Source of the DNA: Ferruginibacter sp. | Lineage (GTDB): Bacteria > Bacteroidota > Bacteroidia > Chitinophagales > Chitinophagaceae | Length of the DNA stretch: 64,000 nt | Assembly (NCBI RefSeq): GCF_014377975.1 | Contig: NZ_JACMOO010000435.1 | Location: 6,577 to 70,576, forward strand | Direction of reading: 5' to 3' | Shown here: one piece after another, positions 10,693 through 21,053 of the stretch | Layout: the number at the start of each line of letters is the position of its first letter | Position numbering within the stretch: the stretch's first letter is position 1 | Notes under the pieces: model-generated | Seen by the model: the letters and a program-made list of their open reading frames with translations, nothing else | What the model was told of the DNA's origin: nothing | The model's database searches: none | Program-made: the position numbers and the translations under genes

Positions 10693-11272
10693 GAAATGCC
10701 TGATTAATTTAACCGACCAGCAGTTAGTACATCTTTACATGGATGGAGACACTGACGCTCTTTCAACACTTGTAACACGTTACAAGGACCGAATTTACAC
10801 CTCAATTTATTTGCTTGTAAAAGACAAGTACCTGGCAGAAGACCTGTTTCAGGATGTGTTTATCCGTATTATTGATACGCTGAAAGGCAGACGATATACA
10901 GATGAGGGTAAATTTTTGCCCTGGGCACTGCGCATTGCACACAATCTTTGCGTAGATCATTTTAGAAAAGTAAAACGTAGTCCGAGCATTAAAACCAGCG
11001 ACGACCGTGATATTTTTGAAGTGCTTAATTTCTTTGAACCAAGTGCTGAGCATAAGATGATGCAAAATCAAAGTCATGACAGGGTTCGCAGAATGATTGA
11101 CCTTTTACCTGAAGACCAACGTGAAGTGATCATTATGCGTCACTATGCAGACCTTAGTTTTAAAGAAATTGCGGATCTTACCAAATGCAGTATCAACACA
11201 GCTCTAGGCCGTATGCGCTATGGCTTGATCAACATGCGTAAAATGATGGCAGAAAAACAAATTGCATTATAA
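10691..11272 (+). CDS. ECF-type RNA polymerase sigma-70 factor
   Basis: Region 2 (AEDLFQDVF, FLPWALRIAHNLCVDHFRK) and region 4 (LPEDQREV...LSFKEIA...INTALGRMRY). Confidence 0.95.
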   Translation: MKCLINLTDQQLVHLYMDGDTDALSTLVTRYKDRIYTSIYLLVKDKYLAEDLFQDVFIRIIDTLKGRRYTDEGKFLPWALRIAHNLCVDHFRKVKRSPSIKTSDDRDIFEVLNFFEPSAEHKMMQNQSHDRVRRMIDLLPEDQREVIIMRHYADLSFKEIADLTKCSINTALGRMRYGLINMRKMMAEKQIAL

Positions 11273-11295
11273 AACTTAGTATGTAACCCCCGTTT

Positions 11296-11333
11296 AAAAT
11301 AAAACCCTTCACAATTGTGAAGGGTTTTATTTT
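11296..11333. terminator. Bidirectional intrinsic terminator
   Basis: Perfect 38-bp palindrome aaaataaaacccttcac-aatt-gtgaagggttttatttt between convergent genes. Confidence 0.85.
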
Positions 11334-11354
11334 TTTGATAAGAAAAGTATTGCG

Positions 11355-13376
11355 CTATTGCTTTTTATATATTTCCAACACTCTATCCAGATGGGCGGCA
11401 AACTCTTTTGCCCCTTTAGTCGGGTCGTATCCATAGCCACCTGGCACTAATAAATTGCCATCACTGTTTACAAACACATAATTGGGCTGGCCGCTGGCCT
11501 GTATCAGTTGCTGTTGCAAATCTTCATTTCTATCGCCCACTGTTACAACCTGTCCATTCAAAGCTTTGGAAAAAAACTTTTCATTGTCGGGTAATTCTTC
11601 ATCATCATAATCGCTGAATAAAGAAACTACTACGAAATCATTTTTCATTTTTGATATTACAGCGGGGTCTGACCAGATAGTTGCTTCAAATTTTCTGCAG
11701 TTTACACATTGTATGCCGGTAAAATCTATCATGATGGGTTTATGTAAAACCTTTGATGCAGCCTGTGCTTCTTTATAATCGTAGTAAATAGTTAAGTTAT
11801 TTTGTTTGGCAGCCAGTGGTTCATAATTACTCAATCGCTTTACATATTTTACTGGTGGCAATGCTGCTGAAGTTAAGGAAACATTGTTACCGGAAGCGGA
11901 GGTTTTTTCAGATTGGCTGTACAATATAAAATCCTGCGTGCCGGCTGCCGGCACAAAAGCAGAAACTGCATTTAATGGCGCTCCCCATAAACCAGGAATT
12001 AAATACAATGAAAATGCCAGGGATGCAATAGCCAGGAATAACCTTGGTATCGGTATGTATTGCAGGCCCCAGTCATTTTTTGGCAACTCACTATCGTGTT
12101 TAAAAGTTAGTTTACCCAATAAATAAAAACCAAGTAAAGTAAAAATAACTACCCATAATACAATAAACACTTCCCTGTCTAAAATACGCAGGTTTTTTGC
12201 AACATCTACATTGCTTAAAAACTTAAGCGCAAACGCCAGCTCAACAAACCCCAATGTTACTTTTAATGCATTCTGCCAACCGCCACTTTTGGTTAACACT
12301 GTCAATAGTTTTGGGAAAAAAGCGAAAATAATAAAAGGAAATGCCAGACCAAAGCCAAAAGCAAACATTCCAATCACCGGCCCAAAATTGCCAGCTTTGC
12401 CGCCTGATGTACCCAATATTAGTGCAACAAAATTACCAGTACAGCTAAAGGAAACTACTACCAACGTAAATGCCATGAAGAAAATACCAGCGTAGCTTTT
12501 TGAATTTGATTTACTATCAAGTTTATTTGCCCAGGAAGAAGGCAGGTTTATATCGAACGCACCTAAAAAGGAAATGCCGAAAATTAAAAACATAAGAAAT
12601 AGAAAACTATTAAATATCCAGTTTGTGGACATATTGTTCCAAAAAGTTCTCGGAATTATGGATGCAAATGCGCCAATGGCAGCATAGATAAATATTATTG
12701 AAATTGCATAAAACAGAACATTTTTCCTGCCTTCTTTTGGAGTTTTACTTCTTTTTAAAAACAGGCTAACAGTTACTGGCACCAGGGCGTAAACGCAGGG
12801 AGTTATAAAAGCCAAAAGGCCGGCACCAATACCCCTTAATAATAATGTAAACCATGATTTTTCAGAATCGGGGTTTGTTGCTGTTGTAACTTTTGAAATT
12901 TCAGTAGATGCACTTTTGTATTCAAACTGCATTGAGATCCGTTGATCAGCCGATTCTACACTTTCGCCTTTTTGATAATAGTAATTGATATTGCCGATGA
13001 TGCGGATACTATCACCCGAAATTAACTTTATTTTCTGCTGCCATTGCACAGAATCCGTATAAAATTTTATCGCAGCATTATTGAATGCGGCATCTGTTTT
13101 AGTTTGCAGATTTCCCTTTTCAATAACGCTGTCGGCTAAATACTTTTTTATAGTTGAATCAAATGTGATTATGGTATTTACAGGTAAATCGCCCGAAATT
13201 TTTTGAATAGAAAATAACTTTATACCAGGGGCAGGCTTTGCGGTAATATGCAATATAAACTCCCCGTTGCCTTTATCTTCTTTATTAAAACTAAACTGCA
13301 CAGGTTGCTTATCCTGTGCAGCAAGGGTGAGTAATAAAAAAAAACTCACCACCGATAATACTACCTGTTTTATCAT
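11355..13376 (-). CDS. dsbD: Thiol:disulfide interchange protein DsbD (N domain, TM domain, thioredoxin domain)
   Basis: TPCVY and SFSCTG membrane cysteines, KSGGW, IDFTGIQCVNCRK. Start set at MIKQVVL (signal peptide). Confidence 0.9.
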   Translation of the reverse strand: MIKQVVLSVVSFFLLLTLAAQDKQPVQFSFNKEDKGNGEFILHITAKPAPGIKLFSIQKISGDLPVNTIITFDSTIKKYLADSVIEKGNLQTKTDAAFNNAAIKFYTDSVQWQQKIKLISGDSIRIIGNINYYYQKGESVESADQRISMQFEYKSASTEISKVTTATNPDSEKSWFTLLLRGIGAGLLAFITPCVYALVPVTVSLFLKRSKTPKEGRKNVLFYAISIIFIYAAIGAFASIIPRTFWNNMSTNWIFNSFLFLMFLIFGISFLGAFDINLPSSWANKLDSKSNSKSYAGIFFMAFTLVVVSFSCTGNFVALILGTSGGKAGNFGPVIGMFAFGFGLAFPFIIFAFFPKLLTVLTKSGGWQNALKVTLGFVELAFALKFLSNVDVAKNLRILDREVFIVLWVVIFTLLGFYLLGKLTFKHDSELPKNDWGLQYIPIPRLFLAIASLAFSLYLIPGLWGAPLNAVSAFVPAAGTQDFILYSQSEKTSASGNNVSLTSAALPPVKYVKRLSNYEPLAAKQNNLTIYYDYKEAQAASKVLHKPIMIDFTGIQCVNCRKFEATIWSDPAVISKMKNDFVVVSLFSDYDDEELPDNEKFFSKALNGQVVTVGDRNEDLQQQLIQASGQPNYVFVNSDGNLLVPGGYGYDPTKGAKEFAAHLDRVLEIYKKQ

Positions 13377-13393
13377 TTTAAAATTATAAACTT

Positions 13394-13843
13394 CTAATTT
13401 AATGCGATATTGAAATTTTGTGTTGTGGGCGGCATACAGGTTCTGTCGTTGCAAATCATGGATTCTACCGTACCACTTATATTGGTTTTAATTTTGCCTT
13501 TAACCATTACTTTTTTTACAAAATCAACTTTGCCCTCAAAATACCTTACATCAACTTTAAAGTTTTTATCAAAATACGAAACCATTTTACCCACTTCTTT
13601 CGGTTGTGCTGTGGGCACAGTTACCAATGCATTGTTAGTAAATTTAAAAGCTGTTGGTATTGGTCCACCTTCTGGTGTTGTTTGAGAATAAATATGCCAG
13701 CCCGCTGGAGGAGTTGCTATCATGTGAAGCTCATAATAATTATTAGCCCCTTTTTTTGCAACAAAGCTCCAGGCAATTTTTTGCTGCGCATTTACGGTGA
13801 TAAATAACAGGGTGAAGGCGATAACTGCAATTATTCTTTTCAT
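13394..13843 (-). CDS. Stand-alone DsbD N-terminal-domain protein
   Basis: Signal peptide, GWHIYSQ...GGPIPT, MICNDRTCMPP. Confidence 0.88.
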   Translation of the reverse strand: MKRIIAVIAFTLLFITVNAQQKIAWSFVAKKGANNYYELHMIATPPAGWHIYSQTTPEGGPIPTAFKFTNNALVTVPTAQPKEVGKMVSYFDKNFKVDVRYFEGKVDFVKKVMVKGKIKTNISGTVESMICNDRTCMPPTTQNFNIALN

Positions 13844-13938
13844 TTTTAATATTTAAATTGGTATAATAACAAAGTAACTACCAATTAGCTTTTTAAGGTG
13901 TTAAACATTGTTAATTAGTTGTATAAACCAACTATTAT

Positions 13939-14610
13939 TTAATTGATACCGAATAAATGGGCAAATACTTTTCGGCCGTCTTCATTGCCCAATGCACTAC
14001 TACAGGCTCTTTCAGGGTGAGGCATCATACCATACACATTTCTTTCTTTATTGCAGATACCCGCTATATTATGGATAGCCCCGTTGGGGTTGCTTTCGTG
14101 GTTTACGGTACATTTTTCATCACAATACCTGTAAATAATTTGGCGGTGCATTTCCAATTCTTCAAGTGTTTCGTCATCTGCAAAATACCTGCCTTCGCCA
14201 TGTGCTACCGGAATTTTTAAAGCCTGGCAGGCATCAGCAGCAGCTTCTTTTATAAAAACATTTTTACAAACAAATTGCTGCTGGCTATTGCGCAATAGTA
14301 TACCTGGCAGTAAGCCGCTCTCGCACAAAATCTGAAAACCATTGCAAATACCTAATACCTTTCCACCTTTATTGGCAAATTCAATAACGCTTTGCATCAT
14401 CGGACTAAATTTGGCGATGGCACCGCAGCGCAGATAATCGCCAAAGCTAAAACCGCCAGGTAATACAATGCAATCATCGGTAGTAAACATGCTGATGTCT
14501 TTGTGTTTATGCCAAAGCTCAATTACTTCCTGCTTTAGACCAATTTTCAGGGTTTCTATCATGTCTCTGTCGCAATTGCTGCCTGGAAAAATTACTACGC
14601 CAAATTTCAT
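13939..14610 (-). CDS. purQ: Phosphoribosylformylglycinamidine synthase glutaminase subunit
   Basis: [39 protein letters not shown]; TACTTTTG -7 element at 14674-14681. Confidence 0.97.
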   Translation of the reverse strand: MKFGVVIFPGSNCDRDMIETLKIGLKQEVIELWHKHKDISMFTTDDCIVLPGGFSFGDYLRCGAIAKFSPMMQSVIEFANKGGKVLGICNGFQILCESGLLPGILLRNSQQQFVCKNVFIKEAAADACQALKIPVAHGEGRYFADDETLEELEMHRQIIYRYCDEKCTVNHESNPNGAIHNIAGICNKERNVYGMMPHPERACSSALGNEDGRKVFAHLFGIN

Positions 14611-14695
14611 ATAAATGATTTGTGATTTTATTTTTTATTTAAAAGCCTGGATCTGCCTAATCTTAATTGTATGCAAAAGTACAATTACATTTTAA

Positions 14696-15676
14696 TTATT
14701 GTACGAAGTAACTAAATGCAATAACAAAAGCTACCATGAGCCAATGCAACAGCAGCGGAAACCATTTTTTTGTTGGATACAAAAAAGCACTTCCCACAAA
14801 GGCCGAAAGCGGTACGGCACACAAAATCCAATATTGAAAGCTATGTGCAGTATTAATAAAAGGAATAAAAACAGCTACGAGGAAATAAAGAAAAACCAGG
14901 TTCCAGCTTTTACGGGTTTGGATCAGTTGGCGGCGAAAATTTTGCTGTATGTAAAATAATCCGATTACGGTGGCAAACAATACAATAATGATGGCAGCCA
15001 GGGCCCAATTGGATTTATAAAATACGGGAAAGCCTACTGAAAAGCCTGGTAACTTATAGCCCTTCCATTTATCAGTTAAAAAAATATAAGCCAGCAAAAA
15101 ATAATAGGGTGTAATAATACCCAGCAAGGCTATCAGCCATTCTGCCGGTTTAAATGGCCGGGTTACCGTTAGGCCAACAATAATTAAAATAGCAAAGGCT
15201 ATAGAAGGAAAATAAAAAAAGGTAGATAAACCGATGATGATACCAATATTGAACAAGGCAGATCTTGCGTTTTTATTATTGTACAATCCGCTCATATTTG
15301 CCCAGACCCATATCAGTAAAGTATTTACAATGAGCGGTGCTGATAAAACATTCCATTCTTTAAACAAGGAAGTTATCAGCAGGTAAGCCATTGCTGCCAG
15401 GTAATTCGGTTTTTGCATTAAACGCTGGTCGTTGGCCAGCTTATTAAAAGTAACAGCCTGTGTATACAATAATATAAAACTAATAAAGGAATAAATAACC
15501 GGCACGCTATTGCCAATGGATGAAAGCTTTGTCAGTAAAGCTTTAAATAAAAAGCCATCCGTTTGTTGCGGCACCGGTATGGTGGGGTGCAAAAAAACAG
15601 GCAGCTTTAGAAGCAGCCCATATACCAGTAATAAAAAAGTATTGTAAGGGTTGTTGGCTTTAAATGTGCCTGTCAC
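14696..15676 (-). CDS. Multi-pass membrane protein (DUF6427-like)
   Basis: About 10 TM helices. GTG start (VTGTFK) preferred over the ATG at 15703. Confidence 0.7.
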   Translation of the reverse strand: MTGTFKANNPYNTFLLLVYGLLLKLPVFLHPTIPVPQQTDGFLFKALLTKLSSIGNSVPVIYSFISFILLYTQAVTFNKLANDQRLMQKPNYLAAMAYLLITSLFKEWNVLSAPLIVNTLLIWVWANMSGLYNNKNARSALFNIGIIIGLSTFFYFPSIAFAILIIVGLTVTRPFKPAEWLIALLGIITPYYFLLAYIFLTDKWKGYKLPGFSVGFPVFYKSNWALAAIIIVLFATVIGLFYIQQNFRRQLIQTRKSWNLVFLYFLVAVFIPFINTAHSFQYWILCAVPLSAFVGSAFLYPTKKWFPLLLHWLMVAFVIAFSYFVQ

Positions 15677-15755
15677 AATAAGAATCAGTTTTATGCACTG
15701 CAAAAGTGCAGTTTAATTATGGCTTTAAAAAATCAATCCAACACCATGAACAGTA

Positions 15756-17273
15756 CTAAAAATCAATTTTAGCAAAACATATCTGCTGACGGAAAGAACA
15801 AGGTACTATCATTTGCCTCGCACCAGTTTGTTTGGCAAATCTTATCATAAACTCGTACCCTTTATCATAACTTTTTAAACTGGGATTGCGGATCAAAGTG
15901 CCATCTGCAGATACTACATTGTCAATCAGCAACTGGTTTCTTTTATCAGAATTGTTGAATAAAAAATGAATTCCTACACCGGTATTAAATGTTGCGAAGG
16001 ATAGATAATTATCGGTAACGTCTGCAAACTGCTCCTTGTGTATAATATTACTCCATTCAGTCACCCCTTTGTTATCAATACTCTGTACTAAAATATTATA
16101 GTAGTAATACCTGTTGTTATAATAGTTATTAAACCCGTTATAGGGTCTGTAATAGCCGCCATAATAAGGGCTGTAATAGTTATAATAATACGGATTGCTG
16201 AATGGGGAATTGTATAAATAATCCCAGCGGTTCCATTGATTGTTGCCTGTACTTTGGGTAGAAAAATCTTCCGCCACCAATAAATATCCTCCATCTTTTT
16301 TTAAGATAATGTTGCGGATAAAGAAATCGTTGAACACATATTTCAAACCACCTTTTTCTTTGGCGATACTTCTAATACTATCCGGCAGCGGGGTAAAAAT
16401 GCTGGTATAAATGCTATCGCCTTTTGAATCCCATACCGAAGCATAGATGCCATTAATATTTCCGCGGCGTTCGCCATAATAAAGCGAATTTAATAAATAG
16501 CGTTTGTTTACATTATCAACTTTTATTTTCACTTCATCGATATATGTTTTATTTAGTGGAAGCACTTTAAACGAAAACGTATCCTGCTGTGCTGCTTTGG
16601 TAATAAGCTCTAATTTACCAATATCGTCCCTGTTACTTGATTTGATCGATTTTGCAAACACTAAGTTGCCTTCATCGTCCACAAAAAAATCGCTTAAAAC
16701 CTCTTTTCTTTCATTGTATTCCAATATATTCCTGCTTTTATGCAAAGGCTGCAACTGGTTATTATACAAAATACTGGCAAAGTTAAGCCGGTCATCTTTT
16801 TTTTGCATTTTGAATACTATTATTTTCTGCTTATCCTCACTAACAATAACATTATAAATCTTGTTATCTCCAAATGTGCCCACCTGGGTTGTATCCAGTA
16901 AAATGGGTTCGTTTAGTTTTTTGCTATCCCCATCTAATTTTGCAGCCATGCAGTATACAACACCTCTTTTTTGATATTGATAAATGAGATAAAAAAAATC
17001 AGGATACAATACAAAATCAACATTATATGCTTTTGAAGGAATAAAATCCAAGTCTACTTTTTCTTTCAGCTCCATTTCTCCCTGGTAAACTGAAACAGCA
17101 TACCTTGAACTCACATTTTTAAATACCAGTATGTTACTGTTTATTCTACCGATGATTTCAAAATCCATGTCGCGGCTGTTTTCTTTTAATACCTCCGAAT
17201 AAGAAATTTTTTGTGCAAAAGAAAATACAGGTAATAAAAATAACAATACAATAAACAATACTTTTTCTTTCAT
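15756..17273 (-). CDS. Secreted hypothetical protein with a Tyr/Asn-rich loop
   Basis: 505-aa ORF with signal peptide, beta-rich pattern and a YYYNYYSPYYGGYY segment. Confidence 0.8.
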   Translation of the reverse strand: MKEKVLFIVLLFLLPVFSFAQKISYSEVLKENSRDMDFEIIGRINSNILVFKNVSSRYAVSVYQGEMELKEKVDLDFIPSKAYNVDFVLYPDFFYLIYQYQKRGVVYCMAAKLDGDSKKLNEPILLDTTQVGTFGDNKIYNVIVSEDKQKIIVFKMQKKDDRLNFASILYNNQLQPLHKSRNILEYNERKEVLSDFFVDDEGNLVFAKSIKSSNRDDIGKLELITKAAQQDTFSFKVLPLNKTYIDEVKIKVDNVNKRYLLNSLYYGERRGNINGIYASVWDSKGDSIYTSIFTPLPDSIRSIAKEKGGLKYVFNDFFIRNIILKKDGGYLLVAEDFSTQSTGNNQWNRWDYLYNSPFSNPYYYNYYSPYYGGYYRPYNGFNNYYNNRYYYYNILVQSIDNKGVTEWSNIIHKEQFADVTDNYLSFATFNTGVGIHFLFNNSDKRNQLLIDNVVSADGTLIRNPSLKSYDKGYEFMIRFAKQTGARQMIVPCSFRQQICFAKIDF

Positions 17274-17463
17274 GATAAGGGAAAATTTTATAATTTAAAA
17301 TTAAGCTATAATCTTTTAATAAAAGTATAAACAAGACGGCAGAACTTTTGTTTTTACATAATTATAACCAATGTTTTATTTATGTTAAAAACATAACCAG
17401 TACCTTAAAATCTGTCTTTTAACAAACACGGAACATCGTAATCGTATTATTATAAATAAATTT

Positions 17464-18393
17464 ATGCAGATAGTATTAATAACAGGCGGTACAGGAATGA
17501 TCGGCAAGGAACTTACAAACCAATTGCTGCAGAAAGGTTACCAGGTGATTGTATTAACCAGGCAACTGCCTGAGAATAATTCAATATTGCCGAATATCAG
17601 TTATGCTCTTTGGGATGTAAAAAATAAAACCATTGATATTGGGGCGGTACAAAAAGCAGATCATATAATACACCTGGCCGGTGCAGGGGTAGTAGATAAA
17701 AAATGGACCGAAGCATACAAAAAAGAAATTCAGGATAGCCGTACTGAAAGCAGTAAATTAATAGTAACCGCATTAAAAAATAATACCAACAAAGTAAAAA
17801 CCGTGGTAAGCGCTTCTGCCATTGGATGGTATGGAGCAGATATAACACCAGGTGCAAATCCTTTTGTAGAAACAGATGATGCATCGGATGATTTTTTGGG
17901 CAAAACATGCAAGTTGTGGGAACAAAGTATTACCCCGGTTGAGGCTATGCAAATAAGATTGGTAAAACTGCGTACAGGCATTGTGCTAAGTAACAGCGGC
18001 GGCGCTTTGGCGGAATTTAAAAAACCAGTAAAACTAGGTATAGCGGGCATTTTGGGCGATGGCAAACAAATGGTGAGCTGGATACATATTGATGACCTTT
18101 GCAGGATGTACATTGCTGCGATTGAAAATGAAAACTTATCCGGTGTTTACAATGCTGTAGCACCAATGCCTGTTAGCAACAAAAAACTTACCATTGAACT
18201 GGCAAAACAAATGAATGGCCAGTTTTTTATACCGGTTCATGTACCGGTTTTTGTTTTAAAAATAATGATGGGTACCCGGAGTATTGAAATATTAAAAAGT
18301 AACACGGTAAGCTGTGCAAAAATTCAACAAACCGGCTTTGCTTTTTTATATCCTGAAATTGAAATTGCACTGAAGCAATTGTGCAGTAAATAA
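17464..18393 (+). CDS. TIGR01777-family NAD-dependent epimerase/oxidoreductase
   Basis: ITGGTGMIG, IHLAGAG, SASAIGWYG, LRTGIVL, SWIHIDD. Confidence 0.92.
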   Translation: MQIVLITGGTGMIGKELTNQLLQKGYQVIVLTRQLPENNSILPNISYALWDVKNKTIDIGAVQKADHIIHLAGAGVVDKKWTEAYKKEIQDSRTESSKLIVTALKNNTNKVKTVVSASAIGWYGADITPGANPFVETDDASDDFLGKTCKLWEQSITPVEAMQIRLVKLRTGIVLSNSGGALAEFKKPVKLGIAGILGDGKQMVSWIHIDDLCRMYIAAIENENLSGVYNAVAPMPVSNKKLTIELAKQMNGQFFIPVHVPVFVLKIMMGTRSIEILKSNTVSCAKIQQTGFAFLYPEIEIALKQLCSK

Positions 18394-18415
18394 TTTTACA
18401 CAAAGTGAAACAGAA

Positions 18416-19240
18416 CTATAAGTCTGTTTTTACAATACGGTTAAAACTCCACCAGCAAAATAACAACAGGTAGGCAACACACAAAGTCATCACCACACTG
18501 GTATAATCGGTTGGCATCACTCCTCTTGCAAGACTCTTTAACGGATTATCAGGAAAAGTTAGCAGGCCATCGGCAGCATTCATTGGCAGGTAATCGCCCA
18601 TGCTGCCCAGGTCAATCGTGTTATCTCTTCTTAATTTAATGCTCCAAACATCCAGCAATTGTGAAATAAAATTTTCAAATCCCATGTAAATGAAAAAGAT
18701 ACCTGTTGCAAAACCTGTGCGCCGGATAAGTACACTAAAGAGCAATGCTACCATGTTATAGGTAAGCGCTTTTAAAAAGAAAAAACCGGTATGAGAAAAG
18801 CCTTCCATCGAAAAGGATGTACCGGAGGCCCAGCCAAACCCCAGGGCAGTTATAATTACCAGGATGGTACTTACTACTGCAGCAATTAATGCCATTACCA
18901 TTTTTACTTCTATAAATTGTTTACGGCTCCAGCCATCAATAATATTTTGGCGGTGGGTACGGTAAGTAAATTCGTTTGTAACCAGCATAATGATCAGTAA
19001 AGCGGGCAGCAATAGTATCCAGCCGGCAGCATAGCTGGTAGTTTGCCAGGTTTTATCAAAATCATAAGGCGAAAAATTACCTATTAATTTTGCAGCTTTT
19101 ACCTGACTGAACATATTTTTATTTACGCTGTAAATAACATAATTAATGGCCACTACACCCAAGGCAAAAAAGCTGCTTAAAATAATAAAGGCGTTGTAGT
19201 TTTTAATTTTAAGCCATTCTATCTTTAATAATTTTATCAT
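18416..19240 (-). CDS. ABC-2 transporter permease
   Basis: LLKIEWLK, VTNEFTYRTHRQNIIDGWSR, six TM helices; adjacent to an ABC ATPase. Confidence 0.88.
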   Translation of the reverse strand: MIKLLKIEWLKIKNYNAFIILSSFFALGVVAINYVIYSVNKNMFSQVKAAKLIGNFSPYDFDKTWQTTSYAAGWILLLPALLIIMLVTNEFTYRTHRQNIIDGWSRKQFIEVKMVMALIAAVVSTILVIITALGFGWASGTSFSMEGFSHTGFFFLKALTYNMVALLFSVLIRRTGFATGIFFIYMGFENFISQLLDVWSIKLRRDNTIDLGSMGDYLPMNAADGLLTFPDNPLKSLARGVMPTDYTSVVMTLCVAYLLLFCWWSFNRIVKTDL

Positions 19241-19256
19241 AAAAAAGAGAATTTTA

Positions 19257-20144
19257 TCAGTTGGTCAGTTCAAAAAATTTAGATTCAAGACTTTTCTTTT
19301 TCAGTTGCATATAATTCAGCACAACCCCATTTTTAAAACAAAAACGGTTTATATTTTCCAGGTTGGTAGTACCTGCCGGGTAAAATAACTGCACAAGATT
19401 ATCCTGTTCCCTGATACTGCTATAGCCAGTTAATTGTTTAAGAACAGCTTTTAGTTTTTCCAAATCCGGTGCTCCCAGTTCAACAATATCATCATTGGCT
19501 AATATTTCATTTACATTACCAGTTGCTACCAGCTTTCCTTTTTTTAAAATGGCAACATGGGTACACACTTTTTCAACTTCATCCAATAAATGGCTTGCCA
19601 TAATAATGGTTTTGCCCTGCTGGTGCAATTGTTTTATCAGTTGCCGTATTTCTGCAATCCCAACCGGATCAAGCCCGTTGGTAGGTTCATCCAAAATCAA
19701 AACATCCGGGTCGCCCAGCAAGCAAGACGCAATGGCGAGACGCTGTTTCATACCCAGAGAATAGGTACTGAATTTAGAATTTTTTCTTTCGGTGAGGTTT
19801 ACCATTTCCAGTACTTTATCAATATCCTTGTCACCTCTTTCTTTGATAGCGGCGGTAATTTTTAAGTTTCGCACTGCGGATAAGTAATGGTAAAAATTAG
19901 GCGTTTCTAAAAAAGTACCAATCTTTCTGCGGCTGTTTTCATCCGGCACTTCATCAAATAAGGTATAGCTGCCGGAAGTAGCTTTTAAAATATCCATGAT
20001 AATGCCAAGCATGGTAGTTTTTCCGCTGCCATTTGGCCCCAGTATACCAAATACCGATCCTTTGGGAACACTGAATGTTACGCTATTGAGTGCTTGCACA
20101 GATCCGTAATTTTTACAGAGGTTTTCAACAGAAACAATTGACAT
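19257..20144 (-). CDS. ABC transporter ATP-binding protein
   Basis: GPNGSGKTT, YSLGMKQRL, ILDEPTNGLD, SHLL. Confidence 0.95.
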   Translation of the reverse strand: MSIVSVENLCKNYGSVQALNSVTFSVPKGSVFGILGPNGSGKTTMLGIIMDILKATSGSYTLFDEVPDENSRRKIGTFLETPNFYHYLSAVRNLKITAAIKERGDKDIDKVLEMVNLTERKNSKFSTYSLGMKQRLAIASCLLGDPDVLILDEPTNGLDPVGIAEIRQLIKQLHQQGKTIIMASHLLDEVEKVCTHVAILKKGKLVATGNVNEILANDDIVELGAPDLEKLKAVLKQLTGYSSIREQDNLVQLFYPAGTTNLENINRFCFKNGVVLNYMQLKKKSLESKFFELTN

Positions 20145-20219
20145 AAGCGCTTTATAATTTAGGATTTGAAGATAAGTGATTTTATAACGGCTGGCTGTAG
20201 CAATTGGGATAAGTGGCAG

Positions 20220-20873
20220 TTACGACTGGTGCTGCTGATGCCAGATGCTGGTAAAATTTCCAATAACAGCAATGCCATTTCTGTTATAAGAAAGCCTTGA
20301 CAATTGCAGGTTATCAATATCTTCCTGCTGCACTTTTCTGCTAAAAGGATTTATCGTTCCTCCAGGCGCAAGTGGCGCAGCTACCGGACTGTATTGATAT
20401 TCCGGATCAACAATAGTTCCTCTTGGATACATGATGCCAGGCACTCCTTTACCACGTATATCCAGCACTTCGGGATGTTCCAGGCCAATGGTATGGCCAT
20501 ATTCATGCGCTGCTGTGGTTGAATTATTCAGCAGGTTATCTACTTTAAAATAGCCGGTATTGCTGCCCACACCATCTACAAAGGAAATATTTCCCTGGGC
20601 AAATTCTTCCAGCCGGAAATAATTATTACGTGGATTGGCATTTTCAAAAATCATTTCCGGGGTAAGCGATCTTGCCCAAATACCTTCAATATCGAATACT
20701 ACATTGCATGCCACATTTTTAATGATCACTTTTCCTTTGGCTTCATTCCAGTGATCGGCAATATCTCTTGCTATAGCAATACTGAATGCATCGCTGGCGG
20801 CATCTCCGTAAAAAAAAAGTACAGAATGGATACAGAGCTGGTGAATATTTATCTTTAATGCTGCTTCTCCCAT
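20220..20873 (-). CDS. Metzincin (M10/matrixin-like) zinc metallopeptidase
   Basis: HEYGHTIGLEH (HExxHxxGxxH) and Met-turn GIMYP; start at MGEAAL. Confidence 0.8.
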   Translation of the reverse strand: MGEAALKINIHQLCIHSVLFFYGDAASDAFSIAIARDIADHWNEAKGKVIIKNVACNVVFDIEGIWARSLTPEMIFENANPRNNYFRLEEFAQGNISFVDGVGSNTGYFKVDNLLNNSTTAAHEYGHTIGLEHPEVLDIRGKGVPGIMYPRGTIVDPEYQYSPVAAPLAPGGTINPFSRKVQQEDIDNLQLSRLSYNRNGIAVIGNFTSIWHQQHQS

Positions 20874-21053
20874 GATTATAAAAATGACTGTAAACACTTA
20901 CGGACAAGATAATTCAAAAAAAATTGTTACCTGTGGCAAAGGTGATTAAATATACCTGGATTGATGCAGGTAAACTTAGTCTCCACAGCGTAATAATTGC
21001 AGAATATTCATGGATGTTGAAAATTAATTTTATAAATTGAGTAAATTTATTTT

